Source: Malacoraja senta (lineage: Eukaryota). From it: a DNA stretch of 64,000 nucleotides. How positions within the stretch are numbered: the stretch's first letter is position 1; each line of letters begins with the position of its first letter. Both the position numbers and the translations under genes were made by a program. The stretch covers positions 1,054,001 to 1,118,000 of the forward strand of contig CM075991.1 of the NCBI GenBank assembly GCA_038087875.1, in the 5' to 3' direction. Positions 48,208-60,568 of this stretch are shown here, in pieces. The notes beneath the pieces were generated by a model. It searched no databases, had not been told where the DNA came from, and saw nothing but the letters and a program-made list of their open reading frames with translations.

Positions 48208-48494
48208 AGGGCCTGTCCCACTGTACGAGCTAATTCAAGATTTCTCCCGAGTTTCCCCTGATTCGAACTCGGAGAATTACGGTCATAGCCGCTCGTAGGT
48301 ACTCGGGGCTCTCGTGGACATTTTTCAACATGTTGAAAAAACTTCACGAGCTTTCCCGAGTACCTGCCGTTAGCGTTAAGAGCTGCTAAGAGACGTCCCG
48401 AGCTCCGACGTACCCGCTACGTACTTACCACGAGCTCGATTTTTTAAAAACTCGTGAGAGCTCTTGGGTAAACTCGTATAGTGGGACAGGCCCT
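48208..48494. mobile_element. PIF/Harbinger MITE
   Basis: TIRs agggcctgtcccact.tacgag with TTA TSD (48205-07, 48495-97). Confidence 0.9.
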
Positions 48495-48608
48495 TTAGTT
48501 AACAATGTTTGTCAGAGAGAAGTTATTACTAACGATATTATAAGGAGGTACTTAGAAAAATTCATGGCATTTAGGCAAAGTCAACATCGTATTGTGGAAG
48601 GAAATCCA

Positions 48609-48895
48609 GGGTGACACGATGGCACAGTGGTAGAGTTGCTGCCTTACAGTGCCAGAGACTCGGGTTCAATCCTGACTATGGGTGCTGTCTGTATGGAGTT
48701 TGTATGTTCTCCCTGTGACTATGTGGGTTTTTTCCGGTGCTCCAGTTTCCTCCCACATTCCAAAGACGTGCAGGTATGTAGGTTTGTTGGCTTCTATAAT
48801 TGTCCCTAGTGTGTGTAGGATAGAACTAGTGTATAGATGATCGCGGGTCGGCTTTGAGGTGAAGAGTCTGTTTCCACGCTGCATCTCTAAACTAA
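48609..48895 (+). mobile_element. tRNA-derived V-SINE (HE1-like)
   Basis: tggcacagtggtagag A box, gggttcaatcct B box, ctaaactaaa tail. Confidence 0.85.
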
Positions 48896-51800
48896 AAATT
48901 AAAATTGTATTTGACAAATTGGAGTGCTTTGACAAATTAACATGTTCTGTGGATAAAGAGGAATTGGTGAATGATTTGACATGGTACCACAAGAATGTTT
49001 GGTGTGGAAAGCAAAAGTTCATATTGCTAAGGAAACATATCAACGCAGTTGAAAGATTGTTTGGAAAATAATAAGCACAGTAGGCAATACAGGTCTTTAT
49101 TTCTGGACGACAAGATGTTCCACATGTCGGGATCTCACAAATGTTTACAATCTATATGTAACTTAGATGAAGCCACACAAAATATGGTAGCTAGGTTTGC
49201 TGATGAGACAAGTTGGTTGAAAAGTAAATTGTGAAGTAGATATAAGGAGATTACAAAGTGATATAGATAGGATAAGTAAGTGGGCGACCATCTAGTTAAT
49301 GGAGTAGTAGGTACCAGCATCTGTAGTTCCTTGCATCATCATACTTAGATAATTTAGGTTCCAGTCCCATTCTAGAAACTTGAGCACCAAAATTTAGGAT
49401 GATACTCCAATGCATTCGATAATGTTGGTGTCTTCTGGGCGAGGCATTAAATTGAGGACTTTATTCAGAAAGGGACGGAGAATGAAAGCTGGAAACTACA
49501 GGTTAGTTATTGTTGGTCAAAGGTACTTAGAAAAAATCAAGGTAATCAGGCAGAGACAACCTTGACCTTCTAAAGAAGAGTCCCAACCTGAAATGGTGCC
49601 TATCCATGTCCTCCAGAGATGACCCACTGAGTGACAGTATTTCTTTTGAAAACCTGCACCTGCAGTTCCTTCTGTCTCCAGAATGCTATCACCTATTGCA
49701 AGCTGAATTGAATGCAAACATTAGGTCATGTTTCAGTTATATAGGGCATGAATGAGATCAGATTTGAGGTATTTGTCTCTGCTTAAGGAAGGATGATAAT
49801 GTATTATTAAGTGTTTAGAAAAAGTTTATCAGATGAATTCCTGGAAGGTGTGACCCCCCCATTCACATGAAAAAGGGTTGGGCTGGGTTTGTATCTTCTG
49901 CAGTTTATAACGGTGAGAGGTTATGTGATATATATGAAACATACAACTTCATGAGGGCTCTTGACAGGTTGGATGTGGAGAGGATGAGAGATTATACCCT
50001 GACTCTGGAACTGTTGCACTACAATGCTAAGAACAATATTCTGAACTCTGTATCTTTTCCTTCCCTCTACCTATTGGAGTTGAGTTTGGCTTGATTGTAT
50101 TTATGTACAGTATTATCTGATTTGATTGGATAGCATGCAAAACAAAGGTTTTCAATGTGTTTTGGTACGTGACAATAAGGCTAAACCTCGGTGGATTATT
50201 GATAAGCAAGCACATGAAAGACTACTACAGGGTGTTGCTGAGAATGTGGAGTTCAAGTTACAATCAGAACAGCTATAATCTTATTAAATGGCAGAGCTGG
50301 CCGAGGAGACATAAGATAAGATTTATGAGGATGTGCCAGGACTTGAGGGCCTGAGCTCTAGGGAGAGGTTGGGCAGGCTAGGACTCTATTCCTTGGAGCA
50401 CAGGAGGATGAGGGGAGATCTTAGAGAGGTGTATAAGATCATGATAGGATAGATGCACAGAGTATTTTACCCACAGTAGAGGAATCACGAACCAGAGGAC
50501 ATAGGTTCAAGGTGAAAGATTTAATAGGAATCTAAGGGGCAACTTAGAATTCATAGAATAAACTGTCAGAGAAGGTAGATATGAGAACAACATTTAAAAG
50601 ACATTTGCAAAGATACATGGAGAGGAAACTGGGAGCTGTCGGGGCAGACAACACTTCCAGTCCGAGCAGCTCCAACCCTAGCGATGAGACTCGACTGGCA
50701 AGACCGACGTCGGTCAGAGCTATAGTGGTGGATGACTCCATTGTCCGGGGGATCTGAATGTGTGGCTGGGGGGCTGGTGCAGGGAGCAAAGATTTAGATT
50801 TATAGACCACTGGGATCTCTTCTGGGGTAGGGGTGACCTGTACAAAAGGGACGGGTTACACCTTAACTGGAGGGGGACCAACGTTCTGGCAGGCAGGCTT
50901 GCTAGTGCTACACGTGTGGGAAACTAAATAGTGGGGGGGAGGGATTGACAAATTGGGAGTATAAAGATGTAGTTAAAGGGGAAGTGAGTACAGGAAAAGT
51001 TACAAAAGACTCCCGAATTATTGGGAAGGAAAGTTCGAGAAGGGATAAGAGAGTAAGGCCAGGGCCAATAATGACCGGTGTGAAAGGGGAGGTGAATACC
51101 GAAGTTAAAGTACTGTACATGAATGCGCGAAGTATAAGAAATAAAGTGGATGAGTTTGAGGCTCAGTTAGAAATTGGCAAGTATGATGTTGTGGGAATTA
51201 CAGAGACATGGCTGCAAGAGGACCAGGGCTGGGAACTGAACACTCAAGGGTATACGTCCTATCGAAAAGACAGGCAGGTGGGCAGAGGCAGTGGGGTAGC
51301 TCTGTTGGTGAGGAATGAAATTCAGTACCTTGAGAGGGGGGGCATAGAATCAGGAGATATGGAGTCAGTATGGATAGAACTGAGGAATTGTAAGGGTAAA
51401 AATACCCCAATGGGAGTTATCTACAGGCCCCCAAACAGAAGCCTGGATATAGGGTGCAAGTTGAATCAAGAGTTAAAATTGGCATGTCGCAAAGGTAATG
51501 CTACGGTTATTATGGGAGATTTCAACATGCAGGTAGACTGGGAAAATCAGGTTGGTACTGGACTCCAAGAAAGGGAGTTTGTGGAGTGCCTCCGTGATGC
51601 ATTCTTAGAGCAGCTTTTACTGGAGACAACCAGGGAGAAGGCAATTCTCCTGGATTTAGTGTTGTGTAATAAACCGGATTTGATAAGCAAACTCGAGGTA
51701 AAGGAACCATTAGGAGGTAGTGACCATAATATGATAAGTTTAATCTACAATTTGAGAGGGAGAAGCGAATATCGGAAGTATCAGTATTACAGTTGAACAA

Positions 51801-54019
51801 AGGGGACTATGGAGCTATGAGGTAGGGACTGGCCAAAGTTGACTGGAAAGATATTCTAGCAGGCATGACAGTGGAACAACAATGGCAGGTATTTCTGGAA
51901 ATAATACAGAAGGTGCAGGATCAGTTCATTTCAAAGAGGAAGAAAGGTTCCAAGGGGAGTAAGGGGCGACCATGGCTGACAAGGGAAGTCAGGGACAGTA
52001 TAAAAATAAAAGAGAAGTATAACATTGCAAAGATGAGCGGGAAGCCAGAGGATTGGGAAACTTTTAAAGAGCAACAGAAGATAACTAAAAAGGCAATACG
52101 GGGAGAATAGATGAGGTACGAAGGTAAGCTAGCCAAGAATATAAAGGAGGATAGTAAAAGCTTCTTTAGGTATGTGAAGATGAAAAAATTAGTTAAGACC
52201 AATTTGGACCCTTGAAGACTGACACAGCTGAATTTATTATGGGGAACAAGGAAATGCCAGACGAGTTGAACAAGTACTTTGGATCCGTCTTCACTGAGGA
52301 AGACACAAACAATCTTCCTGATGTACTCGTGGCCAGAGGATCTTGGGTGACGGAGGAACTGAAGAAAATTCACATTAGGCAGGAAATGGTGTTGAGCAGA
52401 CTGATGGGACTGAAGGCTGATAAATCCCCAGGGCCTGATGGTCTGCATCCCAGGGTACTTAAGGAAGTGGCTCTAGAAATCGTGGACACATTGGTGATCA
52501 TATTCCAATGTTCTATAGATTCAGGATCAGTCCCTGTAGATTGGAGGGTAGCTAATGTCATCCCACATTTTAAGAAAGGTGGGAGAGAGAAAACAGGGAA
52601 TTTTACTTCGGAGTCACGTGAGTGACTACGTGAAGAACCCCGCCAGTGCGCCTGCGCGTCATTACGTCAGACGCCTTGACGCAAACGGACGTGAGGAGCA
52701 GTGCTCCTCGAGTGGTTTGTAGTTTTTCAACTACAAGGTAAGTAAAAACTTTTTTCCAGGTTTTCCAGGTCCGTTTACTGTGGGTCTATGGCGATTTTTT
52801 CCACAGACGCCATGGGAAAAAACGGGCAGGGGGAAGAGGCGAGCGACAGCCGACAGAAAGTCGGGAGTCCGCGGTTAGAGACCAACCGCCTCTAAACCCC
52901 GGTACAGTCGCCAGCGGTGAGCATAGCGACTGTGGACCTGGGGCTGGTGAAAACACAGTCAGCGCTTGTCGGGCAAAAGACAAAGTTTAAATCCCAACGG
53001 AGGGAGTCCCAGGCAATGAAGAAGCTCCAGGGCTAGATACTGCTTTAGAGCGTATTGCCCAAATAGAAAGCCTTTTACACAGGCTGTTGGAGCAACGTTC
53101 ACTCAGGGAGGAGTGTTCTGAAAGCCAAGCTGCTGGAAACAGCTCAAACAGCTCCTGGTACAGGGCTAGATACTGCTTTTGAGCGTATTGCCCAAATAGA
53201 AGCCTTTTTCATAGGTTGTTGGAGCAAAAGTTCACTCAGGAAGGAGTGTACTGTAATCCAAGCTGCAGGAGCAGCTTAACAGCACCTGGCTCAGGGCTGA
53301 TGGAATGCACCCTCAGGAATGAGGAGCGTGCTACGGGTCATGAGATTTCAGACCCCGACTCTGACGGTGAGGCTGTACAAGGCGATGAAAGGCAGCTGCC
53401 AGATGTTCCACCCCTGGTAGTAGGATTCGCTGCCCTGTCAGGGTCAGGAGAGCCATTAGGAAGAACTGGCCTCCTTAATAAATTACTTGGTTTACCATTA
53501 GCTGGAACAGCATGAAATGGATGAGACTGCAAGAGTATCTGGAATCAGTTGCAGAGAATATTAAAGCTGCTGGGTTCTGGAATAACTGCTTTTACCAGAA
53601 TAGCAGGTAACAACCAAAAGATGACGAAGTTGCATCAGCAAGCACTGGGGTTGCTATGCAGCACCCACTTCGAGAAGTGCTATACGGTCTACTATGAATC
53701 CGAAATTCGCAGCACTCTGCAAACCAAGTAATATACAAATTACCCAACTTACTCTTTGGAGAGATCTCGGGAGACGTATTAAAGAGTTGGAAGATGAAGC
53801 GAAAACAGGATTGATGAAGACATCAATGGTTGTGAAGTCTGTAAAGAGGAAGTATCCTTTCAGACGTCATACGGATCCTGGACCAAGTCGCTCATCAACG
53901 CAGGGACGTAGTTGGCGGCCTGCAGCGGGAGCAAGAACCAGTGGGCGTGCTTCCGGGAGAACCCAGGAATTTCAGGGTACTCAAATGACTCAAGAGGTAG
54001 GTGGACCTGGTTCTCATGG

Positions 54020-55885
54020 GAACATACTAACTGGATTAAGTCCAAAAGTTGGAGGCAGGTTACATTTCTTCTATAATAATTGGAAGAAAATTACTTCAGA
54101 TGTGGTAATCCTGAATAATATACAAGGATTTCGAATTGAATTCAATCCAAATTATGATTTGCCTGTTCAGCATGTTCCTAGCCGAACTCTGCACTTTGTA
54201 CAAAAAGAAGTGATGGAGGTTCAGGTTGCAATTGAAACCCTATATTAAAAAAGGGGTTATTGAAAAATCAGCCTACCAAAGTCACCAATTTGTGTCAAAA
54301 ATATTCCCTCGATCAAAAAAGGATGGAGGATGTAGGATTCTTGTAGATTTGATAAATCTGAATCCTTTTGTGCAATTTAGACATTTTAAAATGGAAACAT
54401 TTGTGACTGCCAAACAGCTTATTTCAGAAGCATGTTATATGGCAACTATAGACTTGAAAGATGCATATTATTCAGTGTCTGTTCATTCAGAAGATAGGAA
54501 GTATCTTAAATTTAAATGGATGAACCAGTTGTGGCAGTTCAAAGCTCTGCCTAATGGGTTAATATCTGCACCCAGAATATTCACAAAAATTGTTAAAACC
54601 AATTCTGGGCTTGCTGAGTAGCCAGGGGCATGTACTAATGGCATATTTGGATGATGTCTTGATTATAGGAAAGACAAAACAGTCAACAGAAGTATCTGTT
54701 GCAGTTGTGAAATCAACTTTTGAAAAGTTGGGGTTTCTAATTCATCCACAGAAATCTAGGTTAACACCATGTACCTCTATTAATTATTTGGGGTTCACAA
54801 TTGATTCAGTCCAAATGAATATCACTTTGCCCAGGGAAAAGGGTGGATTTGATTAAAGATTGCAGTAATCTCCTAAACGAGCAAAAACCTTCAATTAGAC
54901 AGGTGGCTCGTGTACTGGGAAAATTAGTAGCAGCATTCCCAGCAGTCCAATTTGGACCATTACATTATCAACAGCTGCAGAGACTTAAAGAACAGGCACC
55001 GAGAATGCATGTTGGTCATTTTGATAGAACCATGCAACTAACAAATGCTGTTTCTGATCTGCAGTGGTGGATTCTACATGTCTCAAGCAGTTCCAGCAAA
55101 GTGCTGATTGAACAACCTTCCATGATATTACAAACTGATGCCAGTGCACCAGGATGGGGTGCAACTGACTTAACATCTAGCTGAGGAGGCAGATGGAATC
55201 AGGAAGAGTCATTGTTACTGCAGACATGGGGAATTAACTATTTGGAGCTTCTAGGATGTTTCTATGGGCTCCAAGCTTATTGTTCTAACACAACTAATAA
55301 GCATGTTCAAGTTCAAATTGATAACACAACAGTAGTTGTTTATATTAATGATATGGAATTAAGTCGGTGTCTTGTGACAAAATGGTTAATCAACTTTGGG
55401 CTTGGTGTATTGAAAAGAACATTTGGATTTCAGCTATCTATCTACCAGGTAGAATGAACGATAGCAGACACCAGGTCACGAAAAGTTCCATGATAATAAA
55501 GAATGGATGTTGAATCAAGAGGTATTCAATGATATAGTCATCAGATTTGGAATGACCGACATCGACTTGAATCATCAGCTATCGAGATATGTCTCATGGA
55601 AACCAGATCCAGGAGCAGTGGCGATTGATGCTTTCTCGCTACATTGGGGTGGTATGTTTTCATATATTTCCACCTTTCTGGCTCATAAGCCAATGTTTGC
55701 TTAAAATCAGGCAAGATGCTGCTTCAGGGGTATTGGTACTACCAGATTGGCCTACACAGCCATGGTATCCGTTGATATTAGAATTAACATCACAAATGTT
55801 GATGAAAGTCCCAAAAAAGAGTAATTTATTGCTGCTCCCTGTACAGGGGAACAACATCCATTATATGATCGTTTGGATTTGTTGA
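54020..55885 (+). pseudogene. DIRS pol: RT, RNase H and N6-adenine methyltransferase-like domains (frameshifted)
   Basis: VGGRLHFFYNNW, KKDGGCRILVDL, HFKME, IDLKDAYYSV, AYLDD, TDAS..GWG, INYLEL, IDNTT, AIDAFSLHW, FPPF, PDWPTQPWYP. Confidence 0.92.
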
Positions 55886-55899
55886 TTTGCAGGTTTTAA

Positions 55900-56864
55900 G
55901 AATGCCTTTTCTGGGACGAGGACTGTCTGAGCATACTATGGACATGCTTACGGCAGCCTGGAGGAAGAGCACTCAAAAACAGTACCTTTCTTATATTAAG
56001 AAATGGGAAAAGTTCTGGGTACAAAAGAATGTGCAATAAAGTACTGCAGATATTTCAAATGTTTAGAATTTCTGTCAAAACTTTATTATGATGAAGGTCT
56101 GAGTTGTAGTGCAATTAATTCAGCCAGAAGTGCATTGTCCTCATATTTGGTTCTGGATTCAGAAAGAAACTCAATTGGGTCACACCCAATTGTTTCCAGA
56201 CTAATGAAAGGAATCTTTAATTCCAAACCACCGAAACCTAGGTACGTGACAATCTGGGATGTAAGTGTGGTACTGAAACTACTTCGTGATGGTTATCAAG
56301 TGTGTCTTTACCTTTGGTCAAGCTCAGTATGAAAGTATTCATGTTTATGGCATGAGTGACAGCACAACGAGTGCAAACACTTGGAAAATTACAAATAGAC
56401 AGTATGGAAGTAACTGAAGACAAGGTTACATTCTATATCTATGACCTAATAAAGCAAATTAGGCCAGGTGTGACAGGATTTAAAATTATGCTGGCAGCAT
56501 ATCCAAATGATCCATGTCTTTGTATTAAGACATATTTATTACAATACATTGAGGTCACAAAGAATTTGAGAATACGGAAACTGGGTTTTTGATCACACAC
56601 AAGAAACCACACAAGAGAGTTTCAATACAGACTATTTCCAGATGGATAAAAGAAGTCTTAACAGCTGCTGGTATTAACACTTATGTTTTTACGTCTCACT
56701 CGACTAGGGCAGCAGAAATGTCGGCGGCCAGGGCAAAAGACGGCCCCGTCGACCATATCCTCGCAGCTGCCGGGTGGTCCAATGAGTTGATCTTTCAACA
56801 TTTTTACCATCGGCCTATTGTTAATGCGGGGTTGTTTGCAGAAACTATTTTAAGTTCTGTGTAA
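55900..56864 (+). pseudogene. DIRS tyrosine recombinase (disrupted)
   Basis: INSARSALS, RLMKGIFN..P..PRY..IWDV, TAQRVQTL, TISRWIK, HSTRAA, AAGWS...F..FY. Confidence 0.92.
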
Positions 56865-59370
56865 ATTCCTCTGGTTTAAAGGGGATCTGATTCATTTCAT
56901 TATTGAAATGAATTACTGCATTTGTGGTACAAATGTTATTATGAATGCATGATTGATTATTCTCGTTCCGAGTCAATCTATGCAGTGAGAAGCCGGGATT
57001 GATCCACGGCATGAAATCACAAAGCTTTAAAATCTTCACGTAGTCACTCACGTGACTCCGAAGTAAAATAGTAAGATTAAACGAGAACTTACCTAAGTTT
57101 GAAGTTTGATCTTTATTTTATGAGGAGTTACGTAGGTGATTACGTGCCCACCACGACCCTACCCTCTATCATAAAGGTCAGATGGAAGTTCTTGTCTTAC
57201 TCGTTTTAGTATGAGACTATATTACTTCGGTTGTTGTTTTTTGTGATTTCACACCGCTGCTTTGAAGATTGACGCGCAGGCGCACTGGCGGGGTTCTTCA
57301 CGTAATCACCTACGTAACTCCTCATAAAATAAAGATCAAACTTCAAACTTAGGTAAGTTCTCGTTTAATCTTACTATTATAGACCAATTAGCCTGACAGC
57401 GGTGGTGGGGAAGATGCTGGAGTCAATTATAAAAGATGAGATTGCGGCACATTTGGATAGCATGGATTCAACGTGGATTTACGAAGGGGAAATCATGCTT
57501 AACTAATCTTCTGGAATTTTTTGAGGATGTAACAAGGAAAATGGACAAGGGAGAGCCAGTGGATGTAGTGTACCTGGACTTTTAGAAAGCATTTGATAAG
57601 GTCCCACATAGGAGATTAGTGGGCAAAATTAGGGCACATGGTATTGGGGATAGGGTACTGACATGGATAGAAAATTTGTTGGCTGACAGGAAACAAAGAG
57701 TAGGGATAAACGGGGCCCTTTCAGAATGGCAGGCAGTTACTGGTGGGGCACCGCAAGGCTCGGTGCTAGGACCGCAGCTATTTACAATAGACATCAATGA
57801 CAGGATTAAAAGTAACATTAGGAAATTTGCAGATTACATAAAGCTGGGTGGCAGTGTGAACTGTGAGGAGGATGCTATGAGGATGCAGGGTGATTTGGAC
57901 AGGTTGGATGAGTGAGCAGATGCATGGCTGATGCAGTTTAATGTGGATAAATGTGAGGTTATCCACTTTGGTGGCAAAAACAGGAAGGCAGAATATTATC
58001 TGAATGGTGTCAAATTGGGAAAAGAGGAAGTACAACGAGATCTGGGGGCCCTTGTTCATCTGTCACTGAAAGTAAGCATGCAGGTATAGCAGGCAGTGAA
58101 GAAAGCGAATGGCATGTTGGCCTTCATAACAATAGTTGAGTAGAGGAGCAAAGAGGTCCTTCTGCAGTTGTACAGGGCCCTAGTGAGACCACACCTGGAG
58201 TATTGTATGCAGCTTTGGTCTCCAAATTTGAGGAAGGACATTCTTGCTATTGAGGGAGTGCAGCGTAGGTTCACGAGGTTAATTCCTGGGATGACAGGAC
58301 TGTCATATGTTGATAGAATGGAGCGGCTGGCCTTGTATACTCTGGAATTTAGAAGGATGAGAGGGAATCTTATTGAAACATATAAGATTATTAAGGGTTT
58401 GGACACGCTAGAGGCAGGAAACATGTTGCCGATGTTGGGGGAGTCCAGAACCAGGGGCCACAGATTAAGAATAAGGGGTAAGCCATTTAGAACGGAGATG
58501 AGGAAAAACTTTTTCACACAGAGGGTTATGAATCTGTGGAATTCTCTGGAGGCCAATTCTCTGGATGCTTTCAAGAGTTAGATAGAGCTCTTAAAGATGG
58601 CTGAGTCAGGGGATATGGCAAGAGGCAGGAACGGGACACTGATTGTGGATGATTAGCCATGATCATATTGAATGGCGGTGCTGGCTCGAAGGGCCAAGTG
58701 GCCTACTTCTACACCTATTGTCTATTGAAAGGTTCAGAAGGATATGGGCCAAACGTGAGCAGGTGGGACTAGTGTAGATGGGGCAGCTCAACCTGGATCC
58801 CATATGATCTAACCATCCACACCAGCCTATGATGTGAGACCTTGCCAAAAGCCTTGCTAAAGTCCACGTTGACAATATTTACCGCTCTACCCATGTCAAC
58901 TCTTTAAAAAGTTTAATCAAATTCATGAGACACAATTTCACACTATGTGACTTTCCCCAATCAGTTCTTGACTTTTTAAATGCAGATACATTTTATCCAG
59001 ACCTCAAGACCGGCAACTCCTCCTAATTTTGATATGTTTCATGACATCCCGAATACCCTAGATTCTATGACTTTCTCCACAGCAAATACAGATGAGAAGT
59101 ATTCCTTTAAGATCTCAGCCATCCCCTTTGGGTCCACGCATAAATTACCACACTGATCCTTCAGGGGACCTATTCTCTGCCTAGTTACACTTTGCTTACT
59201 TCTGTTCCTAATATGTATATTTCCATGCTAGCTCTCTCAAATAATGTAAAATATTCAATTGCATCATTTTGTAAAAAGCAAGACAGTTATCTCTAACATC
59301 TTGGCCTATATTTATTCCTCGACCAATTGCATTAAAATAAAATAGATCTTTAGCGTACATTTGGATATAG

Positions 59371-60409
59371 TAGGTATGTTACAAAACTTACCTTCAGTCG
59401 CGCTGTAATTCTGCCACTGGCCGTGTGCGCGATTTTGGCGCCTTTAAGGGGGGGGCGGGGTTAAAACGCGGGTTTCTCCCTTGTCCTGGAAATATTTTGT
59501 TGGAGTACAAAACTTCGCTGACAAAATCGTTCCTACCGGCGATTTGTGAATTTTTTTTTTAAATTAAATCGTCAATGTCAGCGCTACAGTCATTTTAAAA
59601 GCAGCTCCTGAAGCGTCAACGCCAATAACGGGGACGGATTTCACACAATGGACAGGTAAACAAAAGTGCTTTCTTTAAATGTATAAAAGTGCTTCTTAAG
59701 AAGCCTTTAATTCACATTTTGTCATGCGACACGGTGATTTTATTCCCCGAATTAACGGCAGTATTTTTCATGCCAATACGGGGTTAAATTCACCGCAAAT
59801 GAACGTTCCAAAAGATCGCGTTCCAGTAATTCTCACTCGCAAGATGAATTAAATCCCCATTAATTTACAGGTATTAAACATTCAATTCCTTCCATTTGGC
59901 CTGTAAATTCATGAAAATTAGATTTAAAAATTATGTTATATTGTGAATTATTGTGTGAATGTTATTTGGACACTTAGGCTATTTAAAAATGTTAATCTAT
60001 TCTTAAGAAATTGATAGATGTTTAGATCTAGTAATTGAATTTTGTAATTAGCTACAATTAGGTAACTAACTAATTATATGCTTTACTTTCATGTCTTCGA
60101 AGTAAGATTGTTTCATATTTGTTTCAGAATGCTTCAATCTATAATACCTGAAAATTTCTTTCAGTTACCATAATTTTTAAGAAAGTTATGGGCTTTTAAC
60201 TGTCCTCGATCACAGCTTTTGTGTTAAGTCAATGGAAAAGCAATAGGGAACTAGATGCTAATTTCTGAGTATGATAATGGCCATAACTTTTTTAATACTG
60301 AAGATATGAAAGTGAATTAAGTGTCAAATTAAACTTCTTTTTATGCTTTATCTGATGGGATAAATTGCAGACTTTATTTTTTAAATCTCAAAATTTTGTA
60401 ACATTGCTA
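59371..60409. mobile_element. Non-autonomous DNA transposon with TAG termini and 7-bp TSD (hATw-like)
   Basis: Left TAGGTATGTTACAAAA, right TTTTGTAACATTGCTA. GATATAG duplicated at 59364-59370 and 60410-60416. Confidence 0.8.
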
Positions 60410-60568
60410 GATATAGGTGACTACTGTGAGCAAAATTGGCCGCTGTGTCGCCCACAGCAATGACTATACACCCACTGTATATTAATAGCAGCAGCTTGAG
60501 ACTTTCAGACGTTATGAATATCTTTTGTCGTTTTTTCTTTCAACATAATTTCTGAAAAGATAGGAGGT

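Larger units (their letters stand above)
52600..57378 (+). mobile_element. Complete DIRS1-type tyrosine-recombinase retrotransposon (degenerate ORFs)
   Basis: Left ITR from 52601, internal complementary region ~57034-57147, right ITR plus extension ~57270-57378. ATT at both junctions. gag-like region, then RT/RH/MT/YR. Confidence 0.96.
50630..58725 (+). mobile_element. CR1 LINE (ORF1 remnant + ORF2) split by DIRS1 at 52600-57378
   Basis: Endonuclease ORF 50945..51796. 52212..52602 ends FKKGGREKTGN and resumes YRPISLT at 57378. RT ORFs 57619..57915 and 58168..58581. Confidence 0.93.

Noticed and set aside
55507..56864. Phage-like integrase and adenine methyltransferase suggesting a prokaryotic island
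   Set aside because: These are standard DIRS1 YR and MT domains within a complete DIRS structure.
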